A stretch of DNA of 64,000 nucleotides from an uncultured delta proteobacterium (GTDB lineage: Bacteria > Desulfobacterota > Binatia > JACPRU01), in assembly GCA_963745025.1 (NCBI GenBank), contig CAVUWD010000014.1, forward strand, positions 224,001 through 288,000. Reading direction: 5' to 3'. The translations under genes and the position numbers were made by a program. Position 1 is the stretch's first letter. Each line of letters starts with the position of its first letter. This document shows positions 51,979 through 61,531 of this stretch, piece by piece. A model generated the notes under the pieces. It was not told where the DNA came from and ran no database searches. It saw nothing but the letters and a program-made list of their open reading frames with translations.

Positions 51979-52727
51979 TGCAGTTCCTCTGAGAGTACCC
52001 GAAGGAGAAGCGGCTGGTTCAAGAAGAAATGGTCGCCGGGAAACATCTGCAGCGAGAAAGAACCATTCGTCTGAGTCCGCCAGGCGTCAAGCTCGCGATC
52101 GTTCACTCTGTGATCCTGCAAACCGCCAAACGCGGAGATGGGGCAGTTCAGGGGCGGCTCGCTCGAGTACACGTAAGTTTCGTACACCGCAAAATCTGCC
52201 CGCAAGAGAGGAAGCATGATCTCCATCAATTCTTGGTGGTCCAGGAGCTCGCTGGGCGTGCCGTTCAGCCGGCGCAGCTCCGCCACAAATTCTTTTTCTG
52301 GCAGGGTATGGATCGGCGGACCTCGATGGGGGACCTGAGGCGCACGACCGGCAGATACAAATAGGTGAATAGGATGCACGCCATATTGTCTGCGGACCCG
52401 GCGGGCGAGCTCAAAGCTGACCAATGCTCCAAGGCTGTGGCCGAAAAAGGCAAAAGGCCTGTCCAGGAGTGGAACTAGGGCTTGGGCGAGGGCTTCGACG
52501 AGAGGCGAGAGTCGAGTGAAAGGACGCTCCATCAGCCGGGTTCCCCGTCCCGGGAGTTGAACCGGGCAGACCTCTACATCCGCTGGCAAGCCGTCCGACC
52601 AGGTGCGAAAAATCAAAGCGCCGGCCCCCGCGTACGGGAAACAAAACAGGCGAAGACGGGCCTCCGGGCCAGGCTTGCGGAATGAAATCCAGGAGTCGAA
52701 TGCAGCGGCGGTTGCTGACCGATTCAT
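51975..52727 (-). CDS. Type II thioesterase
   Basis: LFCFPYAG, QLPGR, FGHSLG, LRADF, GDHFF. Confidence 0.93.
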   Translation of the reverse strand: MNRSATAAAFDSWISFRKPGPEARLRLFCFPYAGAGALIFRTWSDGLPADVEVCPVQLPGRGTRLMERPFTRLSPLVEALAQALVPLLDRPFAFFGHSLGALVSFELARRVRRQYGVHPIHLFVSAGRAPQVPHRGPPIHTLPEKEFVAELRRLNGTPSELLDHQELMEIMLPLLRADFAVYETYVYSSEPPLNCPISAFGGLQDHRVNDRELDAWRTQTNGSFSLQMFPGDHFFLNQPLLLRVLSEELQ

Positions 52728-52760
52728 TTGGATCTGCCGGCACGAGGTGGAGCATACAAG

Positions 52761-53000
52761 TCAGCTCTTTGATGAACGGTTTTGCTTTTCCAGCTGCTCC
52801 ATTTTCCTTCTCAGGCTGAGTGGTCTCATGTCGGTCCACGCTTCTTTAATGTACGCCAGGCATTCGGTCTTAGAACCGGTCTTGCCCGTATCCGTCCAAC
52901 CAAGAGGGTTTTCCTTTTCGGCAGGCCAGAGGGAGTACTGCTCTTCATGATTTACGACGACTTTGTAGGTCGTCGTATCTTCCTTGCCGTCCCAGTTCAT
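52761..53000 (-). CDS. MbtH-like protein
   Basis: [30 protein letters not shown]. Confidence 0.95.
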   Translation of the reverse strand: MNWDGKEDTTTYKVVVNHEEQYSLWPAEKENPLGWTDTGKTGSKTECLAYIKEAWTDMRPLSLRRKMEQLEKQNRSSKS

Positions 53001-53240
53001 TCAAGCGTCCTTCATCAACCCGGTCGACGGATTGACTCCATCGGCGAACCATTCTTCAGTCGCTCGCACCTGATCGAGGCAAGCCTGTAGCTTCTCAGCC
53101 AAGACTACGACGTGAGGCTTGTAAACCATCGTTGCGTGATTACCCGGAACGACGTGGACGTCCGCTCCTCCAGCAGCCCACTCACTCCAGCCCAAGGTCG
53201 GGTCGGACGAGGTTCCCGCTTCGGGTCGCGCTCGCTCGGT
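53001..53240 (-). pseudogene. NRPS terminal thioesterase-domain remnant
   Basis: DPTLGWSEW..VHVVPGNHATMV.KPHV..LAEKL. Confidence 0.75.
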
Positions 53241-53539
53241 CGCCGGCAGAGCGCGCCCAGCCGCAGCGGACTCTCCCGAGGCTTCGCACCATCGCAAACC
53301 ACAGAAACTCCTATAAGAGAAATCCCCTAGGCGCCACAAGCGGCCGCGGAGCGAGTGCGCGAGACGTTGATCCTGAATGGGCGGGATGATCGTGCGTTCC
53401 GTTCTCCTGCGGACTCGAAGGGAGAATCCGCTGATGGATGACGCCGAGCTCCAGCGTAGGGGAGACCGGAGACCTGCTGACGTGAAGCTGCGCGGAGAGC
53501 AACGAGCACAAGGCGGCGGCCGGTGGCGCTCCTCGAGCT

Positions 53540-55108
53540 CTATCGTTGGCGGGGCACGGCCGAGGAGGAGCCCATGGGAGAGCTGGCAGCAGGGCTCGAC
53601 CCGGCGCTCTCCTCGCGCCGTCCCAGGAGGGGATTCTCCTGACAGGCGCCGTTCGTGGATGCATCGTGTACCGCGTCCTCGAAGTGTTGCGTGGCCCGCT
53701 CCAGGTCGCCGAGGGGTGCCTGCGAGTCCGCGTTTGCTGCGATGACCGTTTCCACTCGCTCCACGGCCTGCTCGACGTCTTCCGTCGCGCCCTCCAGCTT
53801 GCCGACGATTGCGGCCCGTTCCTTGGCGGCTAACGGCTCCGAAGTCTCCTCCGCGGCCGAGATGATCCTTTCGACCTGTACGCCCGCCATCTCGATTTGC
53901 TGATCCACCGCATCGGCCACATGGTCGGCCGTCGCGGGGTCGATGCCCATGCGACTCCCGCGCGCCCGCAGTCGCATCCGTCCTTGCTGCCGAAGAGCCC
54001 GGATCCGCGCGCGAAGACCCGCCCACGGATTCAGAGCCGCGTCCTCTGCCGCTGCGGGGTCTGTGTCGATCACCATGCTCTCGAGCAACACCTGGATGAC
54101 GGCCGTCATCGGAATTGCGATGAAGACCCCGAGAAGGCCGTACAGGGTGCCGAAGGCCAGCACCGCGAAAATGCCGACGAGGGCGCTCACGCCAACCGCT
54201 CTATGCATGATCCGGGGGATGAGCACGTTGTTCTCCATGACCTGGACGACCACTGAGAACCCGATCACCAGGAGTACGGTGCGCAAGCCGAGCGGGAGGG
54301 CGACGATGACAGCGGGCCCGGAAGCGAGGGTGGGTCCGATCAACGGCACGGCCTCGAGCAGGCCCGCGAGGAATCCGAGGGCCAGGGCGTTTGGCAGGCC
54401 GATCAGCGTGTAGCCGATCGCCGAGGCCACGCCGATGGACAACATCGCCAGCCCCTGAGCACGCAGATAGGCGCCCAGCTTGGACTCGATCTCGTGCCAG
54501 ACATTGAGCACGTGGGCTCGCCGCCCGACCGGGAGGAGGGACAGTGTCAGTCGTTCGAAGCGCGGCACTTCCATCGTCCAGTAGAAGGCGACGGCGAGGA
54601 CGGTCACGAAGTACGCGAAGAGGTGAACGACGCTCGTCGTGATTCCGACGACGCCACGGGACAACTCGGCTATGAGAGCGTCCGTCGAGCGTTCCAACGT
54701 GGGGAGCCGGTGCCCGATCAACTGGAACGGACCGGGCGCACTCGTCAGCAAGCGCAAGCGAAGGGTCGCATAGGTTTCAGGCAATGCGGCCGCGGTGGTG
54801 CGGATCTGCTCGATCAATGCCGGCCCGGCGAGGAGCGCGATCGAAACGAGCCCAATGGAGAACAAGAGGTAAATCAGCAGCACCGCGAGTCCCTTCGGGA
54901 CGCCCCAGCGACAAAGCTTCACGTGCGAGGGCTGGAGCGCCGCGGCGACCGCCATGCCGATGAAGAGCAGGAGGAAGACGTCGATCAGCCGGTAGGCGAG
55001 AGCAGCCACTGCCACCGTGCCGATCACCACGGCCGTCGCGGCGGCAGTCTTTCGCAGGTCGATCGTCCGCGAACTGAATTCTCCCTCGATCTTGTTGGGG
55101 GTGCTCAC
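53540..55108 (-). CDS. AI-2E family transporter with soluble C-terminal extension
   Basis: TM pattern, LEAVPLIGP, ENNVLIPRIM, GVFIAIP. Confidence 0.88.
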   Translation of the reverse strand: MSTPNKIEGEFSSRTIDLRKTAAATAVVIGTVAVAALAYRLIDVFLLLFIGMAVAAALQPSHVKLCRWGVPKGLAVLLIYLLFSIGLVSIALLAGPALIEQIRTTAAALPETYATLRLRLLTSAPGPFQLIGHRLPTLERSTDALIAELSRGVVGITTSVVHLFAYFVTVLAVAFYWTMEVPRFERLTLSLLPVGRRAHVLNVWHEIESKLGAYLRAQGLAMLSIGVASAIGYTLIGLPNALALGFLAGLLEAVPLIGPTLASGPAVIVALPLGLRTVLLVIGFSVVVQVMENNVLIPRIMHRAVGVSALVGIFAVLAFGTLYGLLGVFIAIPMTAVIQVLLESMVIDTDPAAAEDAALNPWAGLRARIRALRQQGRMRLRARGSRMGIDPATADHVADAVDQQIEMAGVQVERIISAAEETSEPLAAKERAAIVGKLEGATEDVEQAVERVETVIAANADSQAPLGDLERATQHFEDAVHDASTNGACQENPLLGRREESAGSSPAASSPMGSSSAVPRQR

Positions 55109-55380
55109 GCGGGCTTGCTGGAATCGGCTGCGCCCTCTGGGGTCTTGGCGGTCTTGGCGATCTTGTCACGGAGATCGCCGACTCTTGCGCCAATCTCTTG
55201 GCGCAGCTCGGCGCCCGGCTTCGGCGCGAACAGGACCGCGAGCGCGGCGCCGGCGAGGATCCCGGCGGCGAAGATTCCAAACCCGGCTAGCAGGTGTCCC
55301 GGCGCATCGCTGCGGCCGGTCAGTTGTCGCAGCGCGTCCGCGATGTCGTCCTTGCTGGGAAGCAGGTCCAACGTGCTCAT
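55105..55380 (-). CDS. YtxH-like protein
   Basis: GILAGAALAVLFAPKPGAELR. Confidence 0.8.
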   Translation of the reverse strand: MSTLDLLPSKDDIADALRQLTGRSDAPGHLLAGFGIFAAGILAGAALAVLFAPKPGAELRQEIGARVGDLRDKIAKTAKTPEGAADSSKPA

Positions 55381-55612
55381 GATGTCTCCCTTTGTCGGGA
55401 ATCAGCCGACCGATTCGTAGGCCGGAAGGCCGAAGCGCCTTTCGCCTGGCTCGAGATCAGCTCCTGAAGAACGGCGGTCATCGCCATTTGCCCGCTCGCC
55501 GCCAGGAGAAGGCGAACGAGGCGCCGAGGAGGAACGCCCCCTCCGAGGAGGTAGCCGGCGCCGGCAGCCGCCGCCAGCATCCAGTATGGGCTCCGTACGA
55601 TGACTTCTCCGC

Positions 55613-55816
55613 TCATAGTCTCGACACCAGCCGGCCGAGCAAGAAGCCCGCAGCCGCGGCGACTCCCACCGCGACGAACGGATGTGCGTCGATGTAAGGG
55701 CGTACCCGGCGGTCGAACTCCTTGAGCGACGCTGCCGCGGAATCGACCCCCCGAGCGATCTCCTCCGTCGCCGTGCAGTCGCCGTTTTCGCCGCTCTCCT
55801 TGGCGTCCTGTTCCAT
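55613..55816 (-). CDS. ElaB/YqjD/DUF883-like protein
   Basis: YIDAHPFVAVGVAAAAGFLLGRL C-terminal anchor. Confidence 0.75.
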   Translation of the reverse strand: MEQDAKESGENGDCTATEEIARGVDSAAASLKEFDRRVRPYIDAHPFVAVGVAAAAGFLLGRLVSRL

Positions 55817-55858
55817 CGTGTCCTCCTTCCATCTTCCTCGCTGTGTCGCGGGCTGCGC

Positions 55859-56059
55859 CTATCGTTTGGTGCCGAGCCACAGGCCCAGAACGAACCCGCC
55901 CAGCAACCATGGCAGAGGTCGCTCCGTGACCCACCTCGCCGGATCGACGCTGCGCCGGGCGATGCCCTCGAGATCGCCCAGTGCCTGACTGAGCTCCTGC
56001 TGACTATTCTCGACTTCGCGGATCGTCGCCGCGCGGGCTTCCGAATCGGGCTCGCTCAT
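55859..56059 (-). CDS. Small tail-anchored protein (DUF3618/YqjK-like)
   Basis: Coiled N-terminus, PWLLGGFVLGLWLG. Confidence 0.55.
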   Translation of the reverse strand: MSEPDSEARAATIREVENSQQELSQALGDLEGIARRSVDPARWVTERPLPWLLGGFVLGLWLGTKR

Positions 56060-56075
56060 CTACGATTCCTTTCCG

Positions 56076-56453
56076 TCAAAGCGCCGAGCCGACGCGCTTG
56101 ATCTGCGCAGCGTCGGGTTCGACCTTCAGGCGGCGAAGCTGTTGAATTCCCGCTAGCGCGAGCCCTGCTCCGATCAGCCCGGTGAAGCTTCCGACGATCG
56201 CCAGGCTGGCGAGCAGGGACATGTGCTCGTCTAGTCCGTGGAGGGTGAATGCCATCAGCGAGAGCCAGGCGCCGTTGATGAGAATCACGCCTCCGCCGAT
56301 GAGAAGAAGGCTGCTCAGGGCGCGACCCAGGTCCTCCTTCACTTCGAGGCGGAGCGAGGAGATGTGCGCCAGCATCACGTTTTGACTGCTGTCGACGACT
56401 CGCTGCAACGCTCCCGAGAGAGAGAGGTCGTTGTTGACGTCTTGGTTGGCCAT
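56076..56453 (-). CDS. YqjE/phage-holin-like membrane protein
   Basis: L.LEVKE followed by two TM helices; context with ElaB-like gene. Confidence 0.6.
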   Translation of the reverse strand: MANQDVNNDLSLSGALQRVVDSSQNVMLAHISSLRLEVKEDLGRALSSLLLIGGGVILINGAWLSLMAFTLHGLDEHMSLLASLAIVGSFTGLIGAGLALAGIQQLRRLKVEPDAAQIKRVGSAL

Positions 56454-56599
56454 GGTCGTTGACGCGTATCCGCCCAGTCTCTCCAGTAGTATCGCCCAAG
56501 ACTGTACGAACGGCGATCAGGGAAAGCCCTTATCATTGGTGATTGGCAAGAGACGCAAATTCCGCTCGATCAACCACCTGCTGCGCACGCCGGCGATCG

Positions 56600-57409
56600 C
56601 TACTTCTTAACGCGCTTGGGCTTCAGGTAGACGGCCGCGCCGCGCTCCAGCACGCGGAAGGCGAACGACTCGGTCAGATAGAGGTAGACTTTGTCTTGGT
56701 CGTGCCCCGCGTATCCGATGGACAGATCCTGTCCGACGCTGAGCTGATAGTCGCCGCCGCGATGTGACAGCAGCACTGCGCCGTCGACCTTTGGTGCCAA
56801 CACCATCGGCCCGTCAAGGAAGTGTTCGACGCGCTCGCGGATCGGATAGCCGTCCTGCGCCGCCTGCGCCAAACCCGCGTAGCAGTTCGGTCCAAGCGCC
56901 AAGGCATAGGGACCATTGATACCCGCGCGCCGCAGCGTTTCGACGGCGTCCACCACGACGGACGGATAGTCTGCGTAATCGTCCGGGATGGTAAGTGCCG
57001 GGTGCGCAGCGGTGGCGATGATGCCCTCGATGCCTCCGGCCTTGAAACCGTTGAAGATGGCGTTGTCTTCGGCGTGCGCCGTCTTCTCCGCAGCACTGAC
57101 CACTGCCGGAAGATCCAGCACGGCGCCGCGCGATGCGTTGTCGAGCTCCATGATTGGCAGCTCGAACGGCACCCGCACCTCGATCAATGGTGCGACCTCG
57201 CGCACGCCCCAGGGCACGCCGAGGCCGCCGTCGGTCCGCAGGGTCAGATGACCCGTGTTGATCGCGGCGTACTGCCACCCGTGCGGGCCGTCGAAGTCAA
57301 CCAGCTTCCGTCCCGCCAGGTTGAGCTGCAGGACCCGCTTGGCTTCGTCGTCGATTTGCTTCCAGGCTTCGGGGGTAATCGGTGCGTGATTGCGCTTCAA
57401 TAGATCCAT
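56600..57409 (-). CDS. Family 1 encapsulin shell protein
   Basis: MDLLKRNHAPI..AW..ID.EA, GRKLVDFDGPHGW, GQDLSIGY, YLTESFAF. Confidence 0.95.
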   Translation of the reverse strand: MDLLKRNHAPITPEAWKQIDDEAKRVLQLNLAGRKLVDFDGPHGWQYAAINTGHLTLRTDGGLGVPWGVREVAPLIEVRVPFELPIMELDNASRGAVLDLPAVVSAAEKTAHAEDNAIFNGFKAGGIEGIIATAAHPALTIPDDYADYPSVVVDAVETLRRAGINGPYALALGPNCYAGLAQAAQDGYPIRERVEHFLDGPMVLAPKVDGAVLLSHRGGDYQLSVGQDLSIGYAGHDQDKVYLYLTESFAFRVLERGAAVYLKPKRVKK

Positions 57410-57412
57410 GGC

Positions 57413-57775
57413 TCACTTCCCTTTCATGCTGCCAATGCCGAGCGTCGCGGCGGCCGCAGAAGTCGGGCCGTCCGTTTCAGCACCCTTCTCGATGCCGGTG
57501 ATCGGTTGCTCGGTGAACAGGTACTTCCGCATCATCTCGTTGAAGTGGTCATTGTGACGGCGAATCCATTCCATGACCATCGTCGCGTGCTCGATCTCTT
57601 CGTTCTTGTTGTGTAGCAGCACGTCCTTCAACTGCGGATCGGAACACGCGTCGGCGCGTTGCTGATACCAGTCGATTGCCTCGAGCTCCTCCATCAGGCT
57701 GACGATCGCACGGTGCATATTGACCGTGTCCGCCGTCAGGAGATCGAGCGATTCATGATAAGCGTCACTGGCCAT
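57413..57775 (-). CDS. Encapsulin-associated ferritin-like protein (Flp cargo)
   Basis: HRAIVSLMEELEAIDWYQQR..HNKNEEIEH; C-terminal targeting peptide TLGIGSMK. Confidence 0.95.
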   Translation of the reverse strand: MASDAYHESLDLLTADTVNMHRAIVSLMEELEAIDWYQQRADACSDPQLKDVLLHNKNEEIEHATMVMEWIRRHNDHFNEMMRKYLFTEQPITGIEKGAETDGPTSAAAATLGIGSMKGK

Positions 57776-57862
57776 GTGGCTTTCCCTCTCTGTCCGTCTA
57801 GATGCTTGCCGAGGCACCGGGACCGGTGCATCGAAACTATGAATCCGAACCGTTTAGACCGC

Positions 57863-58477
57863 CTACAGCGCGAGGTCCAGTGTGCGCACCTTCTGAAAGC
57901 GCTGCGCCACGTCCTCCCAATTGACCACCTTCCAGAATGCTCCAACCCAGTCGCCCTTCACGTTTTGATACTGCAGGTAGTAGGCATGTTCCCACATGTC
58001 GAGAACCAGCAGCGGCACCGTGCCATTGCCGATGTTGCCTTGGTGGTCGTAGACCTGCTCCACGACCAAGCGCTGGCCGACGGGCTCCCACGCCATGGCC
58101 CCCCAGCCCGAGCCCTGCACGTTGAGCGCCGCTTCCGTCAGCTGACTCTTGAGGGCATCGAACGAGCCGAACGACTCTTGGATGGCCGTGGTCAGCTCAC
58201 CCGCTGGTTGCCCGCCGCCGTGCGGGCTCATGTTGCGCCAGAAGAGTGAGTGCAGCACGTGGCCGGAAACATGAAAGGCGAGGTTCTTTTGCAGCTGGTT
58301 GATCGCCTCGAAGTTCCGTTGCTCGCGTGCCGCAGCGAGCTTCTCGAGGGTGGCGTTCGCGCCGGCGACGTACGCGGCGTGGTGTTTACCGTGATGCAGC
58401 TCGAGCAGCCGCGCGGAGTAGTGTGGCTCCAGCGCCGAGTAGTTGTATGGCAGTTCAGGCAGTTTATACGTCCTCAT
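57863..58477 (-). CDS. Fe/Mn superoxide dismutase
   Basis: [40 protein letters not shown]. Confidence 0.95.
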   Translation of the reverse strand: MRTYKLPELPYNYSALEPHYSARLLELHHGKHHAAYVAGANATLEKLAAAREQRNFEAINQLQKNLAFHVSGHVLHSLFWRNMSPHGGGQPAGELTTAIQESFGSFDALKSQLTEAALNVQGSGWGAMAWEPVGQRLVVEQVYDHQGNIGNGTVPLLVLDMWEHAYYLQYQNVKGDWVGAFWKVVNWEDVAQRFQKVRTLDLAL

Positions 58478-58828
58478 GGTCTCTCTCCTTTGGACGAGTT
58501 GCTTCGATGAAATCCGCCTTGGCATTGGTGCCCGTTCATCTCAGTCGATCCGCGTAGATGCTGGCGGTTGATGTACGTCGCGGGGAGCGTAGCCGTGACG
58601 GCGGTGCCGAGGACGTCGGCAAGCGCGTCTAGACCCCGTGTGTGCCCGGCGATTCCCACATTCCATCCAGACTAGGTTTCAACTACACCCGATGACGGTG
58701 GAATGATTATAAGGGGTTTCCCCGAGAGGACTCGCACTTGCGGTGCTCGTCCAATAATCGGCGGTTTATGGCAACTCGGCCGCCGACCTGGCGCAGCTCT
58801 GCGAACGCTGGCTGCACCCCGACTGCGA

Positions 58829-59192
58829 TCAGTCGATCCGCGGTCCATGCCGGCGGTTGACATACGCCGCGATGACCGAGCCGACGACGATGGAGAGCAC
58901 CGCGACCAGCAGGGCGTGAAGATAGGCGACGATGCCGAGGACAAACCCCTCGATGAGCCACGTGCCTGCGATGCTCACCCCGAGCAGCAATACCACGGTG
59001 GCGGCCCACGGCTGGCCGCGCCACACGCCGGCCGCGGCCGCGAGCGCGCACATCACTTGCAAGACGAAGCCTATCAGCAGCAACGGCACGGGCGGGCCGA
59101 ACCAGCATCGCGGGCACGTAGCCCGCGATGTACACGCCGGATCCCGCCAGCGCGACGGCAATCAGGAGCAACGCAGTGGATCGATCATCCAT
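58829..59192 (-). CDS. Small multi-TM membrane protein, frameshift near 59105
   Basis: Hydrophobic helices split over two frames. Confidence 0.5.
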
Positions 59193-59225
59193 GGCGCCCT
59201 GCCTTTTCAGACATCCACCCCGCGT

Positions 59226-59630
59226 TTAGCAGCCGAATGCGCTGCGGAAGCGCTTGACGGCTGCGGTGGCGGTCGCTCGGGCATCAACGAGGACGGAATC
59301 AACCGTGCGCTTGATGTCTGCCCACGAGCCGCCGGCGGCTGCGGACACGCGCTTGAGGGCACCTGCAGCCTCGCGCTGCTTCGACTTCAAGGCGCTCAAG
59401 TGAGTGCGCGCATCCTTGCGCAATTCGCGAATCCGCGCGCGCGCATCGGCCTCGAGCTTATGCTCCGCCTCGCGCAAGCCCCGCTGGACTTCACCGATCG
59501 ATTTTTCCAGGTGCCTGACGCCCTGTCGAATCTCGGCGTACATGGCCCGCGCCTCGCGCGACATCGCCTTCTGCGCCCGCCGGGGCGCGCTCATCGTTTT
59601 GGAACGCTTCTTTGGTGCCTTGGGGGACAT
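59226..59630 (-). CDS. Basic coiled-coil hypothetical protein
   Basis: 134-aa ORF with RBS GGAG; amphipathic helices. Confidence 0.55.
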   Translation of the reverse strand: MSPKAPKKRSKTMSAPRRAQKAMSREARAMYAEIRQGVRHLEKSIGEVQRGLREAEHKLEADARARIRELRKDARTHLSALKSKQREAAGALKRVSAAAGGSWADIKRTVDSVLVDARATATAAVKRFRSAFGC

Positions 59631-59734
59631 GGTCTTCTCCTTCCCGCGCAGCTCGATCGCAGCACGCGCGTCGTTGCCCTGGTTTCTGTCAAGCCAGAAT
59701 CCACCTCAAGTAATGATCTTCCGCCGCAATCGCC

Positions 59735-60427
59735 TCATGAGATCGCTCTGGCGATCAAGAATGCCGCCGCGGCGGCTAATCCGCCAATCAGTACCGTTTG
59801 GAGAGAGCTGCGCACCGGTGCCGCACCGGTGAAGTGCCCCTTCACGTATCCAAAGATCGCCAGCGCAAGCAGTGTAATGCCGACCGAGGCAGGAAGCGCC
59901 ATGGTCGCTTTCAGAGCGATGTAGGGACCCAGCGGGATGAAGCCGCCGACGATGTACGCCAGCGCAATGGTCACCGCGCTGCCGAGCGCTCTGCCTGGAT
60001 CGGGCTTCTCGAGTCCCAGCTCGAATCGCATCATGAAATCAACCCAAGCCCCGGGGCGCTTGCGCAGCGCGTCGACCACCGGCTTCGACTCCGCCGACGT
60101 CAGACCATAGGCGCGAAAGACGTCCGCCACCTCCTCTGCCTCGACCCCGGCTCTCTCCCGCACTTCCGTTTCTTCGCGTACCCGCTCCGCGTCGTAGTGC
60201 TCGGCATCGCTCCGTGCGGCCAGATAGCCGCCCAATCCCATCGCGATGGATCCCGCGGCGATCTCCGCTAGCCCCGCCGTGACGATGATGCTCGTATTGT
60301 CGACGGCGCCGGACAGGCCGGCCGCGAGCGCAAACGGTACAGTTAGCCCATCGGACATCCCAATCACGATGTCTCGCACCGTCGCCGAACCCGTGAAATG
60401 TCGTTCAACGTGCGGTGTTTGCGGCAT
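59735..60427 (-). CDS. VIT1/CCC1 iron/manganese transporter
   Basis: DIVIGMSDGL, AGSIAMGLGGYL, FMMRFELG. Confidence 0.92.
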   Translation of the reverse strand: MPQTPHVERHFTGSATVRDIVIGMSDGLTVPFALAAGLSGAVDNTSIIVTAGLAEIAAGSIAMGLGGYLAARSDAEHYDAERVREETEVRERAGVEAEEVADVFRAYGLTSAESKPVVDALRKRPGAWVDFMMRFELGLEKPDPGRALGSAVTIALAYIVGGFIPLGPYIALKATMALPASVGITLLALAIFGYVKGHFTGAAPVRSSLQTVLIGGLAAAAAFLIARAIS

Positions 60428-60510
60428 GATGCCTTCCCGAGTTGGTGGGGACAGCGAACGATTCGAGCTCGGCGGTGAGCGAGACTGCCTCGGCAGCGCT
60501 GAGGCGGCAG

Positions 60511-60733
60511 CTAGCTCTTTTTGGGCACCAGCAACAGGATCCCGCCAATCACTATCGCCCCGACGCTAGCCCAGACTGGGACGTTGACCGTCTCCTTGTC
60601 CTTCATCGACAGTTCGAGCGAGCCGATCTTGGCCTCGTGGGTCTCCTTGGTGTAGCTGAACATGCCGTACGCCAATCCCAGGATGCCGGCTACGATCAAC
60701 ACGATTACCGCAATCTTTCTTGATTGCGCTCAT
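60511..60733 (-). pseudogene. Paralogue of 48787..49005 with a 4-bp insertion near the start
   Basis: Near-identical protein; extra AAGA after ATGAGCGCAATC shifts the frame. Confidence 0.65.
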
Positions 60734-60779
60734 CTCGTCTCCTCCGCAGAGAAACCCGGTCGCGGGGCCAGAGTCTAGG

Positions 60780-60932
60780 TCACCCCAAGGGTGCTCGACC
60801 TTGAACGACACGAACCAGAATCACCACGACCGCGACGACCAAGAGGAGGTGAATGAACCCGCCCATTGTGTAGGAGGAAACAAAACCAAGTAGCCACAGG
60901 ATGATCAAGATGACCGCGATGGTTTCGAGCAT
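60780..60932 (-). CDS. lmo0937-family small membrane protein (50 aa)
   Basis: MLETIAVILIILWLLGFVSSYTMGGFIHLLLVVAVVVILVRVVQGR; RBS AGGAGGAG. Confidence 0.85.
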   Translation of the reverse strand: MLETIAVILIILWLLGFVSSYTMGGFIHLLLVVAVVVILVRVVQGRAPLG

Positions 60933-61039
60933 TTTTCTCCTCCTTCGCCCGTGAGGTGGCGCCGATCGGAATCATATCCCCAGCGACCCGCCGCCGCTGC
61001 CGTGGGTCGCTATCCCAGAGAATCAACTCAGGACGCGAC

Positions 61040-61207
61040 TCAGCTGATCGCATCTTTGACCTTGTCGATGACCTTCTCCACCTTCTGCTTTATCTTTCCG
61101 ACAGCCTGGTCGGTTTTCCCCTCCCGCTTCAGCTTCTTGTCCCCGGTCAGAACGCCCGCAGCTTCCTTCACGCGTCCCTTCAGTTCATCAGACTTGCCGC
61201 TCGCCAT
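61040..61207 (-). CDS. CsbD-family stress protein (55 aa)
   Basis: GKSDELKGRVKEAAG.LTGD..LKREGK.DQAVGK; RBS AAGGAGG. Confidence 0.9.
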   Translation of the reverse strand: MASGKSDELKGRVKEAAGVLTGDKKLKREGKTDQAVGKIKQKVEKVIDKVKDAIS

Positions 61208-61242
61208 GGTCGATCCTCCTTAACTTTCCTGTAGCCCTTGAG

Positions 61243-61258
61243 TGCAACGGTTGTGCCC
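61243..61258 (-). promoter_or_regulatory. Putative sigma54 -24/-12 promoter for the csbD-like gene
   Basis: Minus strand GGGCAC-AACCG-TTGCA versus consensus TGGCAC-N5-TTGC. Confidence 0.6.
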
Positions 61259-61531
61259 GGACCTGCGTTTCATCATGCGTAACAACATGTCTTCCGGATG
61301 TCGTTCGATGCGAATCTACTGTCGCGCAAAGTTTGCCCGGCCATCGAATCGGGCGAGGCCGGGCGGCACGCCCAGTCGCACAAGAAAAGTGGTTTCGGGG
61401 TTAGCATGGGTATGATCGGATCGATGAACCAGTTGACGGTCGGGCGCACCGCGAAGCGCACGACGTCGATTTTCCCGGCGACGGTTCGTTGAAGATTGCC
61501 GCCCTCACTTTGGCAGCAATGGATGGAGGCG

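Noticed and set aside
56076-57409. Prophage (holin-like gene next to an HK97-fold shell)
   Set aside because: The shell is an encapsulin with Flp cargo, the holin-like gene fits the YqjE stress operon, and no terminase, portal or tail genes are present.
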